Assembly (NCBI RefSeq): GCF_006345805.1
Contig: NC_043002.1
Span: 81,654,001-81,718,000, forward strand
Source: Octopus sinensis
Lineage: Eukaryota
DNA length: 64,000 nt
Direction: 5' to 3'
Under the pieces are notes generated by a model, which was given only the letters and a program-made list of their open reading frames with translations, was not told the DNA's origin and did not search any database. The position numbers were made by a program, and so were the translations under genes. Shown here piece by piece: positions 24,640 through 36,878 of the stretch (its first letter is position 1; the number at the start of each line of letters is the position of its first letter).

Positions 24640-25110
24640 TCATAAGAAAGTACCAAACAAAGATAGAAGCCGCTTTCTGTACGGTAGTATGAAGAAAGAG
24701 ACATGAAGACGAACGAAATGAATTTTCTGAAGGCTTGAAAGAGTTCAGGTCATAAGAAGAAGGAAAACAATGAGATGAAAGAAAGTTCCAAAGGTTGGCA
24801 GTTCGAGGAAAAAAGCTACGACCCTATTCGTGAAAGCACAAGAACGTCTGGATGAAGATGCTGTGGATTTCCAGTCAGGTGAGAAGCCACTCAATGTAAG
24901 AGACTATGAAGCAGGAAAAATTAAGAGAAAAGGAATGAATTTACTTTAAACTTGAAAGATTATAGGTCATAAGAAGAAGGAAAACGATGAGATGGAAGAG
25001 AGTTCCAAAGGCTGGCTGTTTGATGAAAAAAGCTACGACCCTATTCGTGAACGCACAACGTTTGGACGAAGGCGCTGCGAATTTCGAGTCAGAGGATAAG
25101 GCACAAAGTG
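24640..25110 (-). mobile_element. Two tandem, diverged LINE 3' ends (CR1/Jockey-group C-terminus)
   Basis: 24730-24880 and 24948-25095 are homologous (gtcataagaagaaggaaaac...aaaaaagctacgaccctattcgtgaa). The minus strand encodes a decayed LWNSLP..VFP..YDL..FK-type motif. Confidence 0.65.
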
Positions 25111-25399
25111 GTCTAGGACTGTATACATGGTCAAAGATTTTGAGGGGAAGGGAAGTTGCCAATACCATCGAGCCTACTACTTGACTGGTAATTTTATTGA
25201 TTGATTACCAGTTATTTTATTGATCCCAGAGGGATGAAAGGTAAAGCTGACCTCGACGAGATGTGAACTCAGAATGAAAAGAGCTTGAAGAAATACCACA
25301 AAGCATCTCTTCCGACACTCTAACGATTCCGCTGCTCATTTTTTCTTAAAATTGCTAGTTTTGTGATTATGATTACATTCAGTTGACCCTATAGATAAA

Positions 25400-26192
25400 C
25401 CAGAACCCATTATATTAAGGGCGATGAGCAGCAGAATTTTTAGTGTCGGAAGAGGTTTCTACTCACCGCCTTTAATATAATTGTTTCTATCTTAGCCACG
25501 GGGTTAACAAATTCCCATTAGTTTGGCCAATCGAAATCCTCGAATATAGACTTTTCAGAATAATGGTTGTTAACTTCGGCGGTAGCAACATCTACGACGC
25601 GTTGTGAACGAACACAATGGCGATTGTTGAGAGTTTGAAGGAGTCATGATTTTTTCTTAGACCTTAGAAGTAAAATATTTTAAACTAGGTACAACACTTA
25701 AGCAGAGTGGTGCACGATAAATTAGCCCAGGTTCCGTAGCATAGTACTAATGCAGAAATAAATCTATACACACGAAAAATTACCCAGCTTTTCGTTTGCA
25801 AGTGTCATTGTATTTCGACCGAGAAAATAGGCTTTTAATTGCTGTACACATGTGAAATAATATGGCTTCAACTTTAGACATATCAACTCCCGTTGGTCTG
25901 ACTTCCTGCTTATGTAAGACTGCTGAGCCAATTTACGTATTGATTTCTTTAGACTTCGAGTAACCCTTAGGTGAATGACCTGAATATCTTCCGGCTTTCG
26001 AACTGTCTTTTTGCTTGGGGGCACAGTCACTGACCCCGTAGCGCGTCATCTCTTAACTAACATTTGTATCGTTAACTTTGCCAGTAAGCCTTTACTCGGA
26101 AACTTGACTTCAAAAATTTCCTGCATTTGCTTAACACAACCTGTTCTCACATGTGCTTCCACAATCTCCACTCTTTCCGCTATTGAGTACAC
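25400..26192 (-). pseudogene. Degenerate IS630-Tc1-mariner transposase (HTH region)
   Basis: Manual translation VYSIAERVEIVEAHVRTGCVKQMQEIFEVKFPSKGLLAKLTIQMLVKR*RATGSV...RKPEDIQVIHLRVTRSLKKSIRKLAQQSYISRKS...LKLKPY...VQQL resembles Tc1-like N-terminal HTH domains. Confidence 0.7.
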
Positions 26193-26398
26193 CACCTTGC
26201 AAGAAATGCTCGAAGTGTTCACTCAATACAATCTTACAATCAACTTATGTGATGAGGATGTGGTGATGATGTAGTAAACAGTCGACCAATGCGTCATCTT
26301 TGTTCATCAGTTAGAAACCATCGAAATAACACTGCCACATTCACAAACAAAAGGCTGAGTATTATTTCTTGTGTGTCAATTTATTTCTCTATTTACAC

Positions 26399-26757
26399 CA
26401 GTGGTTCTAAACCAGGGGCCATGTAAGATTTTTGGTGGATCACACCACAAAATTGTAAATTGGGGAACCACGCAAAAAATTATAAATTGAGAACCCACAA
26501 TAGTATTTTAAGAACACTTGAAAAAATTTTGCCTTAGATGTATCAGTACGTATAGCAAGAAACAGCTGGGTTTCTTTAACATTTTACAACCTACACAATT
26601 GTACAACCTACACAAGTTAATGTGTGAAAAGCAAAATAGGAATTTTAAAAGAAGTGTATATAAAACTAGTTTTTAACCATCGAATGGCTAGTGGGGCCCA
26701 CTAGAATAAAATAGTAATCAAAGGGATCCGTAGATAAAAAATGATTGAGAACCCCCA
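26399..26757. mobile_element. hAT (Charlie-like) MITE with 8-bp TSD
   Basis: TIRs CAGTGGTTCTAAACC / GATTGAGAACCCCCA. Perfect TSD ATTTACAC at 26391-26398 and 26758-26765. Confidence 0.9.
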
Positions 26758-27206
26758 ATTTACACTATGCTACGGAACCCGGGCTACTATTTCGCTCACC
26801 ACCATGTATTTTTGATACAAAAAAAAAAAGAAGAATTCTTAATCAGTATTAAAATATGAGCCGAAAGCATGAGTGATGATGCGCCAAGGTTCAATGTTTG
26901 CTAATGCGAGTCCACGTTTTCTTCATTAATTTCCACAAAAAAAAAATTGACATTAAGATCACTAGTCTATATAAATCTCTAAAACAAAGGCACCCGCCAG
27001 ATGGGATATTATAAGAAATATTCATTTCTGTTAGATTAACATAATTTAGATTTTTTTCCAGCATGTGAACTGGCTGTTTGTAAAATGAACTACAAAAGGT
27101 AAGTTGAGAATCATTGCATCAGAGGAAAATACGGACAACTGTATTGAATTACACAAAGATTTCATACTGTGACCGCAAAACGATTAAATTTTGGTTTTCT
27201 ATTACA

Positions 27207-27650
27207 TTACTCTTTTACTCTTTTACACGTTTCAATCATTTGACTGCGGCCATGGTGGAGCACCGCCTTTAGTTGAAGAAATCGCCCCCAGAACTTATTC
27301 TTTGTAAGCCTAGTACTTATCCTATCGGTCTCTTTTGTCGAACCGCTATGTTTCGAGGACATAAACACACCGACATCGGTTGTCAAGCGATGGTGGGAGG
27401 CAAACACAGTAACACACACACACACGCACGCACGCACACACACACACACACACACACATGCACAAACACACATACTCTCTCTCTCACACACACAAACACA
27501 CACATATATATATATATACGAGGGGCTTCTTTCAGTTTCCGTCTACCAAAACCACTCACAAGCCTTTGGTCGGCCCGAGGCTATAGAAGAAGTCACTTGC
27601 CAAAGGTGCCACGCAGTGGGACTGAACCCAGAACTATGTGGTTGGGAAAC
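27207..27650 (-). mobile_element. Full-length SINE family A
   Basis: (ctctttta)n tail at 27207, internal (CA)n(TA)n, head ending near 27650. Confidence 0.9.
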
Positions 27651-28254
27651 GCTCGTGTAGCATTACTGTTTCAGATGAGTGGAGTGGAATTAGATTTCAA
27701 ACAAACAAACCGTTGGTATTTAAGTATTTCTTTCTTATATATACTCACTGATAACCTTGAATTTAAAGAATCAATGCGTGTTTAATTACTAACAAAACTC
27801 GACTCTGTTATGACACAAAAATATAATCATTATTTCTCCTGTCTTAAAGTGACGAGCTGGCACAGTCGTTAGCACGTTGGACGAAATGATTAGCGATATT
27901 CTGCCCGTCCCTATGTTCTGTGTTCAAATTCCGCCGAGGTCGCCTTTGCCTTTTATCCTTTCGGGGTCAATAAATTAAATACCAATGAAATTCTAGGGTC
28001 CATGTTCTTAATTAGTTCTCTCCCCCCAAATTTCGGGCCTTGTGCCTATAATAGAAAGGATTATTTCCCCCTTCTTATTCAGAATCGGTCGCAATAACTG
28101 CAAGTTGCTCGTCTACTTTCTCTCGAAGAGAATACGATTTCATTAAAATTAATTATTTCTCTTGTGTAGTATTTAACATACCTTTCATTGTCCTTGTTAT
28201 TCGAATTCAAACTACTGTTCACTATGTGCTATTTCTCTCAACTCAATTTTGTTT

Positions 28255-28949
28255 TAATTTGATCACTTTGACCGACCAGTCCGTCAGGCGTCAATTTAAC
28301 ACCGCTGGTCACAGCACGCTGTCCACTCCTCTCTGGATCGCACCTTTCTCATCCACGTGATCCCAATCGTCCTCTTGAAATCGTCACTCCACCGTCGTGG
28401 AGGCCTTCCGGGTGGTCTTTTCCGCTCACGCGGGTACCACTCGACAACTGCGTGCGTCCACCGATTATCGGTGAGCCGGGCGACGTGTCCAGCCCATCTA
28501 TACTTGCTGCGAGTATACTCTGCGATGACATCTCTCACGCCGGACTTCTTTCTGATGATGTTGCTATTTATGTGCTCTCTCAACGAGATACCAAGCATTG
28601 ACCTTTCCATGGCTCTTTGAGCCGTTATCATCTTTGCTCTTCTCTCTTTGTGGTAGCCCATGTTTCACTACCATATAACATTGCAGGCAGAACTGCACTG
28701 TTAATGAGGTTGGCGCGGATGGTCCTGTCCAACCTTCCCTTGAGCACATCCCTTTTGCCATTGAACGCCTTCCATCCGGCCCTTACTCTCCGTGAGATCT
28801 CCTTTTTGATATCCCGGCACATATTTACTTCCTGTCCCAGGTAGAAATATTCTCTCACCTCCTCCATTTCATCACTGCTGATCACCATTCGACCTGTTGG
28901 TACGTTGTCTGACCGCATGAACTTTGTTTTCATGCGGTTCATCTTGAGA

Positions 28950-28951
<2 letters not shown>
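28255..28951 (-). mobile_element. RTE-clade LINE 3' fragment (RT C-terminus and 3' end)
   Basis: GLKMNRMKTKFM...VREYFYLGQEVNM...EISRRVRAGWKAF...VLPAMLYGSETW / TAQRAMERSMLG...KYRWAGHVAR...RPPGRPPRRWSDD. One frameshift. The 5' end abuts (TA)n. Confidence 0.95.
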
Positions 28952-29015
<64 letters not shown>

Positions 29016-29382
29016 TATGTAGGCACAATACGTCACGAAACGTGTACAATAAAAAGTACGAAGCATAAGTATATGGGGCATGAACTATTCTTTCGAACAA
29101 CGAAAGACACAAATAGAAAACAAAACAAACAACATAAAGAACGACCCTTCATCAGTTGTTGACTGTTTTTCTAGTCTCGTATTTGGAGCACTTAACAACA
29201 ATATACGCTTTCGATAAAATAGTTACTCTCGCAGAGCAAATTAAATAAAATTTGGGATTTTGCGGCGGGTCAAAATTGGTAACGCAAACAGGACAGTGAT
29301 ATATATATATTACTTATATTATTATATGATTGAACCCCACGCATCCTCTTCCAGGTAAATTTTATATATCTATATCTATCTA

Positions 29383-29450
<68 letters not shown>

Positions 29451-29456
29451 TATATA

Positions 29457-29496
<40 letters not shown>

Positions 29497-30825
29497 TATA
29501 ATTAAATGCCTAACGGCACTTCGTCTGTCTTTACGTGGGTCGATAAAATATGTACTAGTTGATCACTCGTATCGATGTAACCGACTTAACCCCTCCCCAA
29601 AAAAACTTGATGGCCTTGTGCCAAAATTCGAAGCCAATTATTTGTGTATGTGCGCAGGCGCACGTATGCGGAGGTATCATTTACACAGTATTTTCGTCTA
29701 TGAGAGATGTGAGAAATAACAGAGTACTGGATGAGATGCGTTTCAGAGTTTACTATATAAGCCTGCTGTTTCTAATCTCAAGTCCTACCGAATGAGATAG
29801 ACTTCGTCTTTCATCTCACCATGGAGGAGAGGGTCACTAATATAAATACCAGTAATATACTGTCATTAATTCAGTCAAGTATATCCTTTCCTGTTACAAT
29901 AACGAACCAATGAAATCTGTATTTATTCAGCCTAAACAGGATTTCGACCAGGCAAACTACAAAGATATTTCGCATTAAATCTGGTATGCTAGAATTTTGT
30001 TAAACTGTGTTGCTCGGTTAGCTTTCTCGCTGAGTCCGTCCTGCCTTTGTCGGGCGTGTTATCATAAGGATTAGAACTTGACACATTTGATCCCAGCACT
30101 TAAAAGTCTCGGGATTTGTTTGAGGGGAGATTTGGCTGATGAATTAGAAGGTCAAGCGAATCATGCAGAACTTGTGTTCTTTATTAGAATTATTGAAGCT
30201 AGGGGGCGCTCGTGAATGCGAGATTATTATTGCTCATTGGGGAGTAGTGGAAGATATATAATGTTATTAGAGTGCTTATACGTATGCACGCATGTATATT
30301 TGTTGGGAAGACGTTAGATCTATACGCGTATTTGATGGTTGAATATGTTTATATATGTGCAAACCTTTAATGTATATGTGTGTACAATATATGTACGAGG
30401 GGATGCTGAAAAGTTCCTGTCTTTAAGGGTGACACGAAAGGCCTGGTTGGAATAATATAAATACGTGAAGCCAAATAGCTTTCTTTCTCTTTGGGTCGAC
30501 TGGTCCAAGAGCAAGTTTTTCAGTATGCTGATCAATCACCCTCTCTGCTCACCTAGACTTTATAACTGTGTCACTCTTTAGTAGTAGCTCACAGATGAGG
30601 CAAGCAAGCTACCATACACAATGGACACGGAACTAAAAATAATTTGTTTACTACAACAAACAAGCTGTATGCACAAGCCATCTTCGATAGCGCTTATGTA
30701 TACAGCCGCTGCGGAATTCAAATTCACAACGTAAAGACGGGCGAAATGCCGCTCATATTTTTGTCCAGCTTAATAACGATTCTACCCGCTCGTCGCCTTT
30801 AACATCTATTTAACCACACGTGCGT

Positions 30826-30865
<40 letters not shown>

Positions 30866-31479
30866 ACACACACACACACACAAAAAAAACACACACACGT
30901 AATAGATGTTAATATGTATGAATTTATACTGTAATTTCTTTTCTTTTCTAAACTAAGTTTATAATGGTATGTGTTTACATTTTTTTGAACAATTTCTTTG
31001 TACAGATTTACATAACATATACAAAACCAACAGAAATGTCAATAAAAGTCGTAAATAAGCTAAAGTAGGAGGAGAACTAAACCGAAGTCCTCTTTGTTCA
31101 CTCAGTACCATACAAACATCAGCTCTGACGTCAACACTTTTATGCACTTTCATGGTAAATCTCAAAGTTGTTTTTTCTTTCAGTGCAGGGCATGCGTTGT
31201 TAGACGCGCAATCTTTCTATGTTCTTTTATCCTTTTACTTGTTTGCCGAACTGCTAAATTACAGGGACGTAAACACGCCAACATCGGTGTCAAGCGATGG
31301 GAGGGTGCAAACACAGACACACACACACATAAGTATATATATATATATGTAAAAGTTAAAAAAACACAAACTGGGACAAGAACGTGAAACATTTAGAAGA
31401 CGACAAAAAAACACAGAAGCTCTCAGTCATCAGTCAAGAACCAGATCATCTTCGCAATTTCGGCTATTAATCTTGACAT

Positions 31480-31877
31480 ATCTCTTATTATAAAAGGCAG
31501 ATTTTATCTGCCTCCCTTTGGGAGTTATACAAATCTACAATATAGGATTTCTTCAATTACAATTTACCTAGCATTTTTAAGAGTACAATGCATCGCGTCA
31601 TGCCAGGTCCAGTTTTTAAAATTTAAACTCCAATTAAGTAAAATTTACAGAAAACTCACATTCTGGTGTGTGTGTCAAATGCTTTTCTTAGTCTGGTTTA
31701 CAGCACACGCAAACGCACACACACAGTGTGCAACGAATAAAGTGAAACTAGATGTAATATTTGTTTCTGTCTATCACGCTGATAGATACATGAGTAAAAT
31801 GTATGGGAAGCTAACACATAAGAGTGAGTGAAAATGTTCTTGGAAGAGAGTAAATAGCCAGAGAGAGTGATTTGAGG
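31480..31877 (+). repeat. ~400-bp dispersed repeat, copy 1 (unclassified)
   Basis: tctcttattataaaaggcagattttatctgcctccc...gatttgaggaagact. Recurs with the same boundaries at 45412-45813. Confidence 0.85.
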
Positions 31878-31962
31878 AAGACTTTACATTAAATAACCGT
31901 AGTGGCTTGTGTTAGTAATAAAGTAAACATACACTCATACATACATACATACATACATACAT

Positions 31963-31995
<33 letters not shown>

Positions 31996-32376
31996 TACAC
32001 ACACACATACATACATACACACACATACATACATACACACATATATCCATACATACATATACATACATACATACATATACATACATACATACACACACAC
32101 ACATACACACACACACAGTATTGAAGCTTGAGAACAATCAGATACATTTGCAACACATCTGTTGAAAATATTATTGTTCACACACATACATATACATATA
32201 TACATACAGACAGACAGATAGACACACACACACACACACACACACATGATCCAGCATGGCCACAACCTCAAGGCTGAAACATATAAAAGAATAACAGAAT
32301 ATAAATGTGTGCATGTGTGTGAGAGAGAGAGTGTGTGTGTATATGTATGTACGTATGTATGTATATATATATATAT

Positions 32377-32968
32377 AATAATGCGGTTTTTTCAACAGCT
32401 TGAACTAAAAGTCAGAGGGGAATGGGATAAACTACTTATATTAACTTGCTATAAAAGCAGGTAGTAATTTTATCTTGTCCTTATTCATAGTGCAAGTTTT
32501 GAAGAGTGCATTTCGATTTTAACAGCTATTTTTTTCAAAGCTATATTGGAAGTAACAAAGGAGCATATTTGGCATATTTTGCTTTATGAGTTCAATAAAG
32601 ACAACAACGCAACGGAAAGTACAAGAAATATTTATGCAGTATATGGGGATTGGACAATAAGCGTAAGGCAGTGTCAATGGTGGTTCCAGAAATTCCGAGC
32701 CATAAACTACAGCCTAGAAGACGAGCCTCATCCTGAAAGATCTGTAGAACTCGACAAGGACATCCTGAAAACCCTGGTGGAACAAAATCTCATCGTAACT
32801 GTTGAGGAACTAGCAGAGAAGCTTGGATTTGGTCATTCAACCATTCATTGAGACCTGTGTGCTATCGGAAAAGTCAGCAAATTGGGTCAATGGGTTCCTC
32901 ACGAACTTTCCGAGTCTAATTGCATGCAGAGAGTGAATGTATGCTTTTCTTTGCTGTCACATCTCACC
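32377..32968 (+). mobile_element. mariner element 5' fragment
   Basis: MEVTKEHIWHILLYEFNK..NATES.RNI..VYG...WFQKFR...LEDEP...LAEKLG, with WVPHEL at ~32890-32907. Truncated next to a Helitron. Confidence 0.9.
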
Positions 32969-32986
32969 ACTACTGCGCTATGTATA

Positions 32987-33623
32987 TCTATATATATAAA
33001 ACTGTAGTTGTGTGAGTGTCTGTCCCCTTCGATTTAGATTCCTAACTACTCCCACATTTTGCGGTGCAGTTTAACCAAATTCGGGTAGCTTATAGTCGTG
33101 ATTCATATCGAGCCCGTCTGAGTATTAGCGCGTGTCTACGATGAGTCTACGATTTTTAAAATAATTTAACATAATTTTTTATTCCATTTTAATGCATAAT
33201 TTTTCGTGTGTCGATGGCGGCGGAGTTGGCGTCCACGCTCACACCTGCACCTGTGGGGAAGGGAGTGTAAGGAAATCAACGTCGTAATGCGTTGTCAAGG
33301 AGACCAGCGTTCTTTTAGAACAACGACTTCATGGCTTGAAGACACCAAAACAGAAATGGCTAAGAAAGCGTCTACATGAGTCTACGATTTAAAACAAAAA
33401 TTTACCATCGTTTTTTTCCATTTTAATGCATTTTTTCGCTATTATATAAGGGAAGTAACTCTCTAAAAATGTCTACGATGAGTCAACGATTTAAAAAAAA
33501 TTTACCATCATATTTTTTCCATTTTTAATGCATTTTTTGCTATTTTTTTGGCTATAACTCTCTAAAAATGCTTATATAGTTATTTCCCTTACAAGCCCGA
33601 GCAACGCCGGGCGATACTGCTAG
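32987..33623 (+). mobile_element. Non-autonomous Helitron
   Basis: A|TC 5' end, 3' hairpin gcccg-agcaacg-ccgggc (33595-33612), CTAG|T end, internal tctacgatgagtc subrepeats. Confidence 0.9.
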
Positions 33624-33655
33624 TATATATATAATCTTGACATATATATAATCTT

Positions 33656-33689
<34 letters not shown>

Positions 33690-33691
<2 letters not shown>

Positions 33692-34265
33692 ACGGGTTTT
33701 TTTCGGTTTCCGTCTAGCGAATCCACTCACAAGGCTTTGGTCAGTCCGAGGCTTATAGTTAAAGACACTTACACCATATGCCACGCAATCGGACTGAACT
33801 CGGAACCATGTGATTGGAAAGCAGGCTTTTTACCACACAGCCATGCCTGCGCCTGTTTATCGTTTTTTTTTTAATCTTTTACCCTTTACTTGGGGATGCT
33901 GGAACACCGACTTGAAGGGTTTTAGTCGAACAAATCGACCCCAGTACTTTTTTTTGCGTTTAAGACTGGTGCTTATTCTAAAGAATAAGTACCGCTAAAT
34001 TAAGGGGACGTAAACAAACCAACACCGGTTGTCAAACACTGGTAAGAGACAAACACATAGACACACACACATAGATACATAGACATATATACATATATAT
34101 ACGACGGGCTTCTTTCGGTTTCCATCTACCAAATCCACTCACAAGGCTTTGGTCGGTTCAAGGCTATCGTAGAAGACATTTGGCTAAGGTGCCACACGCT
34201 GGGACTGAACCCGGAACCATGTGGTTGAGAAGCAATCCTCTTACCACACAGCCACGCCTGCGCCT
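33690..34265 (-). mobile_element. Two adjacent SINE family A copies
   Basis: Head at ~33690-33855 and a longer copy at ~33880-34265. Confidence 0.85.
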
Positions 34266-34334
34266 ATTTATGTTTCTTTTATAGTGATACTTGATATATC
34301 AATTCATGTTTTCCTACTCGCGCATTTTTGTACC

Positions 34335-34460
34335 ACTTTAGTGGGTGGTCTATTTGGCTTGCAGTCTAACCCTAACCCTAAATCTTAAACCTAAACCCTA
34401 AACCTAAACCCTAACCCTTATCCTTGACTACTGATACTGCGGTAGACCGATCTCTAAAGT
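34335..34460. repeat. Interstitial (CCCTAA)n-like tract within a short TIR-like element
   Basis: ctaaccctaaccctaaatcttaaacctaaaccctaaacctaaaccctaaccctta, flanked by ctttagtgggtggtcta and tagaccgatctctaaag (imperfect inverted repeats). Confidence 0.6.
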
Positions 34461-35566
34461 AACTTATGTTATTTGCTGAACATAAGAGACACCCAAACTA
34501 AGAGCAAAAAAGAAAACACGAGCGAGAGTAGAATTGTAAACGTTTACAGATTTATCTGTGCAGCTCTAAAAGTGCGTTAATACGATATTCAATATCTATT
34601 TCTTTACTACCCACAAGGGGCTAAACACAGAGGAGATAAACAAACTGATTTAGTCGATTACATCGACCCCAGTACACAAACGGTACTTAATTTATCGACC
34701 CCGAAAGGATGAAAGGCAAAGTCGACCTCGGCGGGCGGGAGAAGGCAAATCTGTCGTAGGTGGGATATAGTTGATTATAACTGACAAAAGAATTTGATTG
34801 TGACTTCAATTTATTGATTTCCAGAAGGATGAAAAACAAGATAAACCGCAGCAGGATTTGAGCCCAGAACGTAACGGTTCGTGAGTAATGATATACAACA
34901 GAGTCTTGTGTCCAACGCTCTGAAAATACTGGAAATGCACGGCTTCGACACAGGAATTTGATACGTTTAATTTCCATAAATTAGATGTTAGGAAAATCAC
35001 TTTCGATGCCCATGGTAGTAATGTTGCTAACTTTATCAGTTTCCTATAGAATAATGGTGAGAGTCACCACAGATACAAAAATATCTCTAGTTATATGCCT
35101 TCTTGGATGGCATTTAAACTTTTCCTCGAAGCTTTAAATAAATCTTACATATCGGGCGTTAATTAATATAAATCGAACATTAATTAATAACGGGTATCCT
35201 GATATATTAGCAAACCAAGCTGCAGAACAATATAAACACAAGTTATTGATATGACATAATGTTATATCAATATGTTAAATGGTACGCTGTATTACTCTAG
35301 TATGTATTCTTTCGTGCTGTTTTCTAGTCTATTGATGATTCTATACATAAGTGTATTGATTTCGAAGACTATGAATAACAAAGAGGTATTTGGTTTTGTG
35401 CATTTTAACAGTGCTATAGATACAGATTCAGCAAAATCCTCCTTCAATCTACTGGAAAAGAATAGATTGGAACATTAACGACCGTAATGGATTTGATTAG
35501 TTTAACTTTCAAACGAGCAACGTATACGTTTATTACATTCTGTAACATTATACGTGTGTGTGTGTG

Positions 35567-35662
<96 letters not shown>

Positions 35663-36464
35663 GTCAGTAAGTGTTATTTCCCATTTGCTTCTATCTTAAA
35701 TCGAAGGAAATGACTACTATTCCCTTCAAGTTTTGCTTTTGTGACCTGGACATCAATGTTTTGAAACTGGCCTATTTTCCATTACGTTTCAGACAAATTC
35801 AGCGGTGGGTTGATAAAGCAGAAATATCGTTATAACAAATATTCTGCTCAATACTACAGATTTGCTTGTCAGTTGCTTGACCTTAACCACTTGAGCATGT
35901 GACAATATGTTCATCTCTGATCATAAGCAGAGTAGTGGCGGTGGGGCACCATAGCCATGTGTCGAGGGGGTTTCTTTGGGGTTTAAGTATATGTAACAAA
36001 AGCAAAGTTTGAAGGAAATATTAGCCATTTTACGTACTTTCTCGGGATAATAAGCAAATAGGAAATAACAGTTGCTACCAAAGGACAAAAATTGTGTTAC
36101 ATAATGTTATCGATTCCGGTTCTAGGAGATTTTTATCAGTCCATGCAGAGTCCCTGTAAGATGTCAATTTTTTTTTTTTTATTGTGACCCTTCTCTCAAA
36201 TCGACGTAAGTGACTCTGAGAGAGGAACATAGAGAGAGTGAGAAAAAAGAAAGCACTGAATCAGAGGGCCGAAAAATACGAAGTATATCTCGGCGTTACT
36301 TGAACTCGTATCGACTTCACAATGACACAAGCATTTTTGCCGACGCTTTCACAACTTTCCTGATTCATCTCACATATGTCTGTATGTGCATGTGTGTATG
36401 TACGTATGTGTGTATCTATATACACACACATATATATACATGCACGCATACATTCATACATATA

Positions 36465-36795
36465 CTTTCTTTTACTTGTTTCAGTCATTTTGATTGCAGC
36501 CATGCTAGAGCGCCGCCTTTTAATCGAACAAATCGACCCCGGGTCTTATTCTTTGTAAGCCTAGTACTTATTCTATCGTTCTCTTTTGGCGAACCGCTAC
36601 GTTACGGAAACGTAAACACACCAACGTCGGTTGTTAAGCGATGGTAGAGGGGCACAAACAGACACACATATATTTCTGTCTACCCAATCCACTCACAAGA
36701 CTTTGGTCGGTCCGAGGTTATAGTAGAAGACACTTGCCCAATATGCCACGCAGTGGGACTGAATCCGGAACCATGTAGTTGGCAAGCAAGCTTCT
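36465..36795 (-). mobile_element. SINE family A
   Basis: Family consensus blocks with a short internal deletion. Confidence 0.85.
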
Positions 36796-36878
36796 TTATT
36801 TCATAAAAATTTGCTATAGAAGCATTACAAAGAGGGGACAAACAAAGACAGAAAAACGTAAAATGGTGAAGAAACTGC

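Noticed and set aside
30470-30640. Minus-strand 80-nt exon candidate with good splice sites at ~30552-30631
   Set aside because: All three frames contain stops, and there is no supporting evidence.
31405-31470. CUGAUGA and GAAA on the minus strand suggesting a hammerhead
   Set aside because: No pairing for stems I or III could be built around a valid NUH site.
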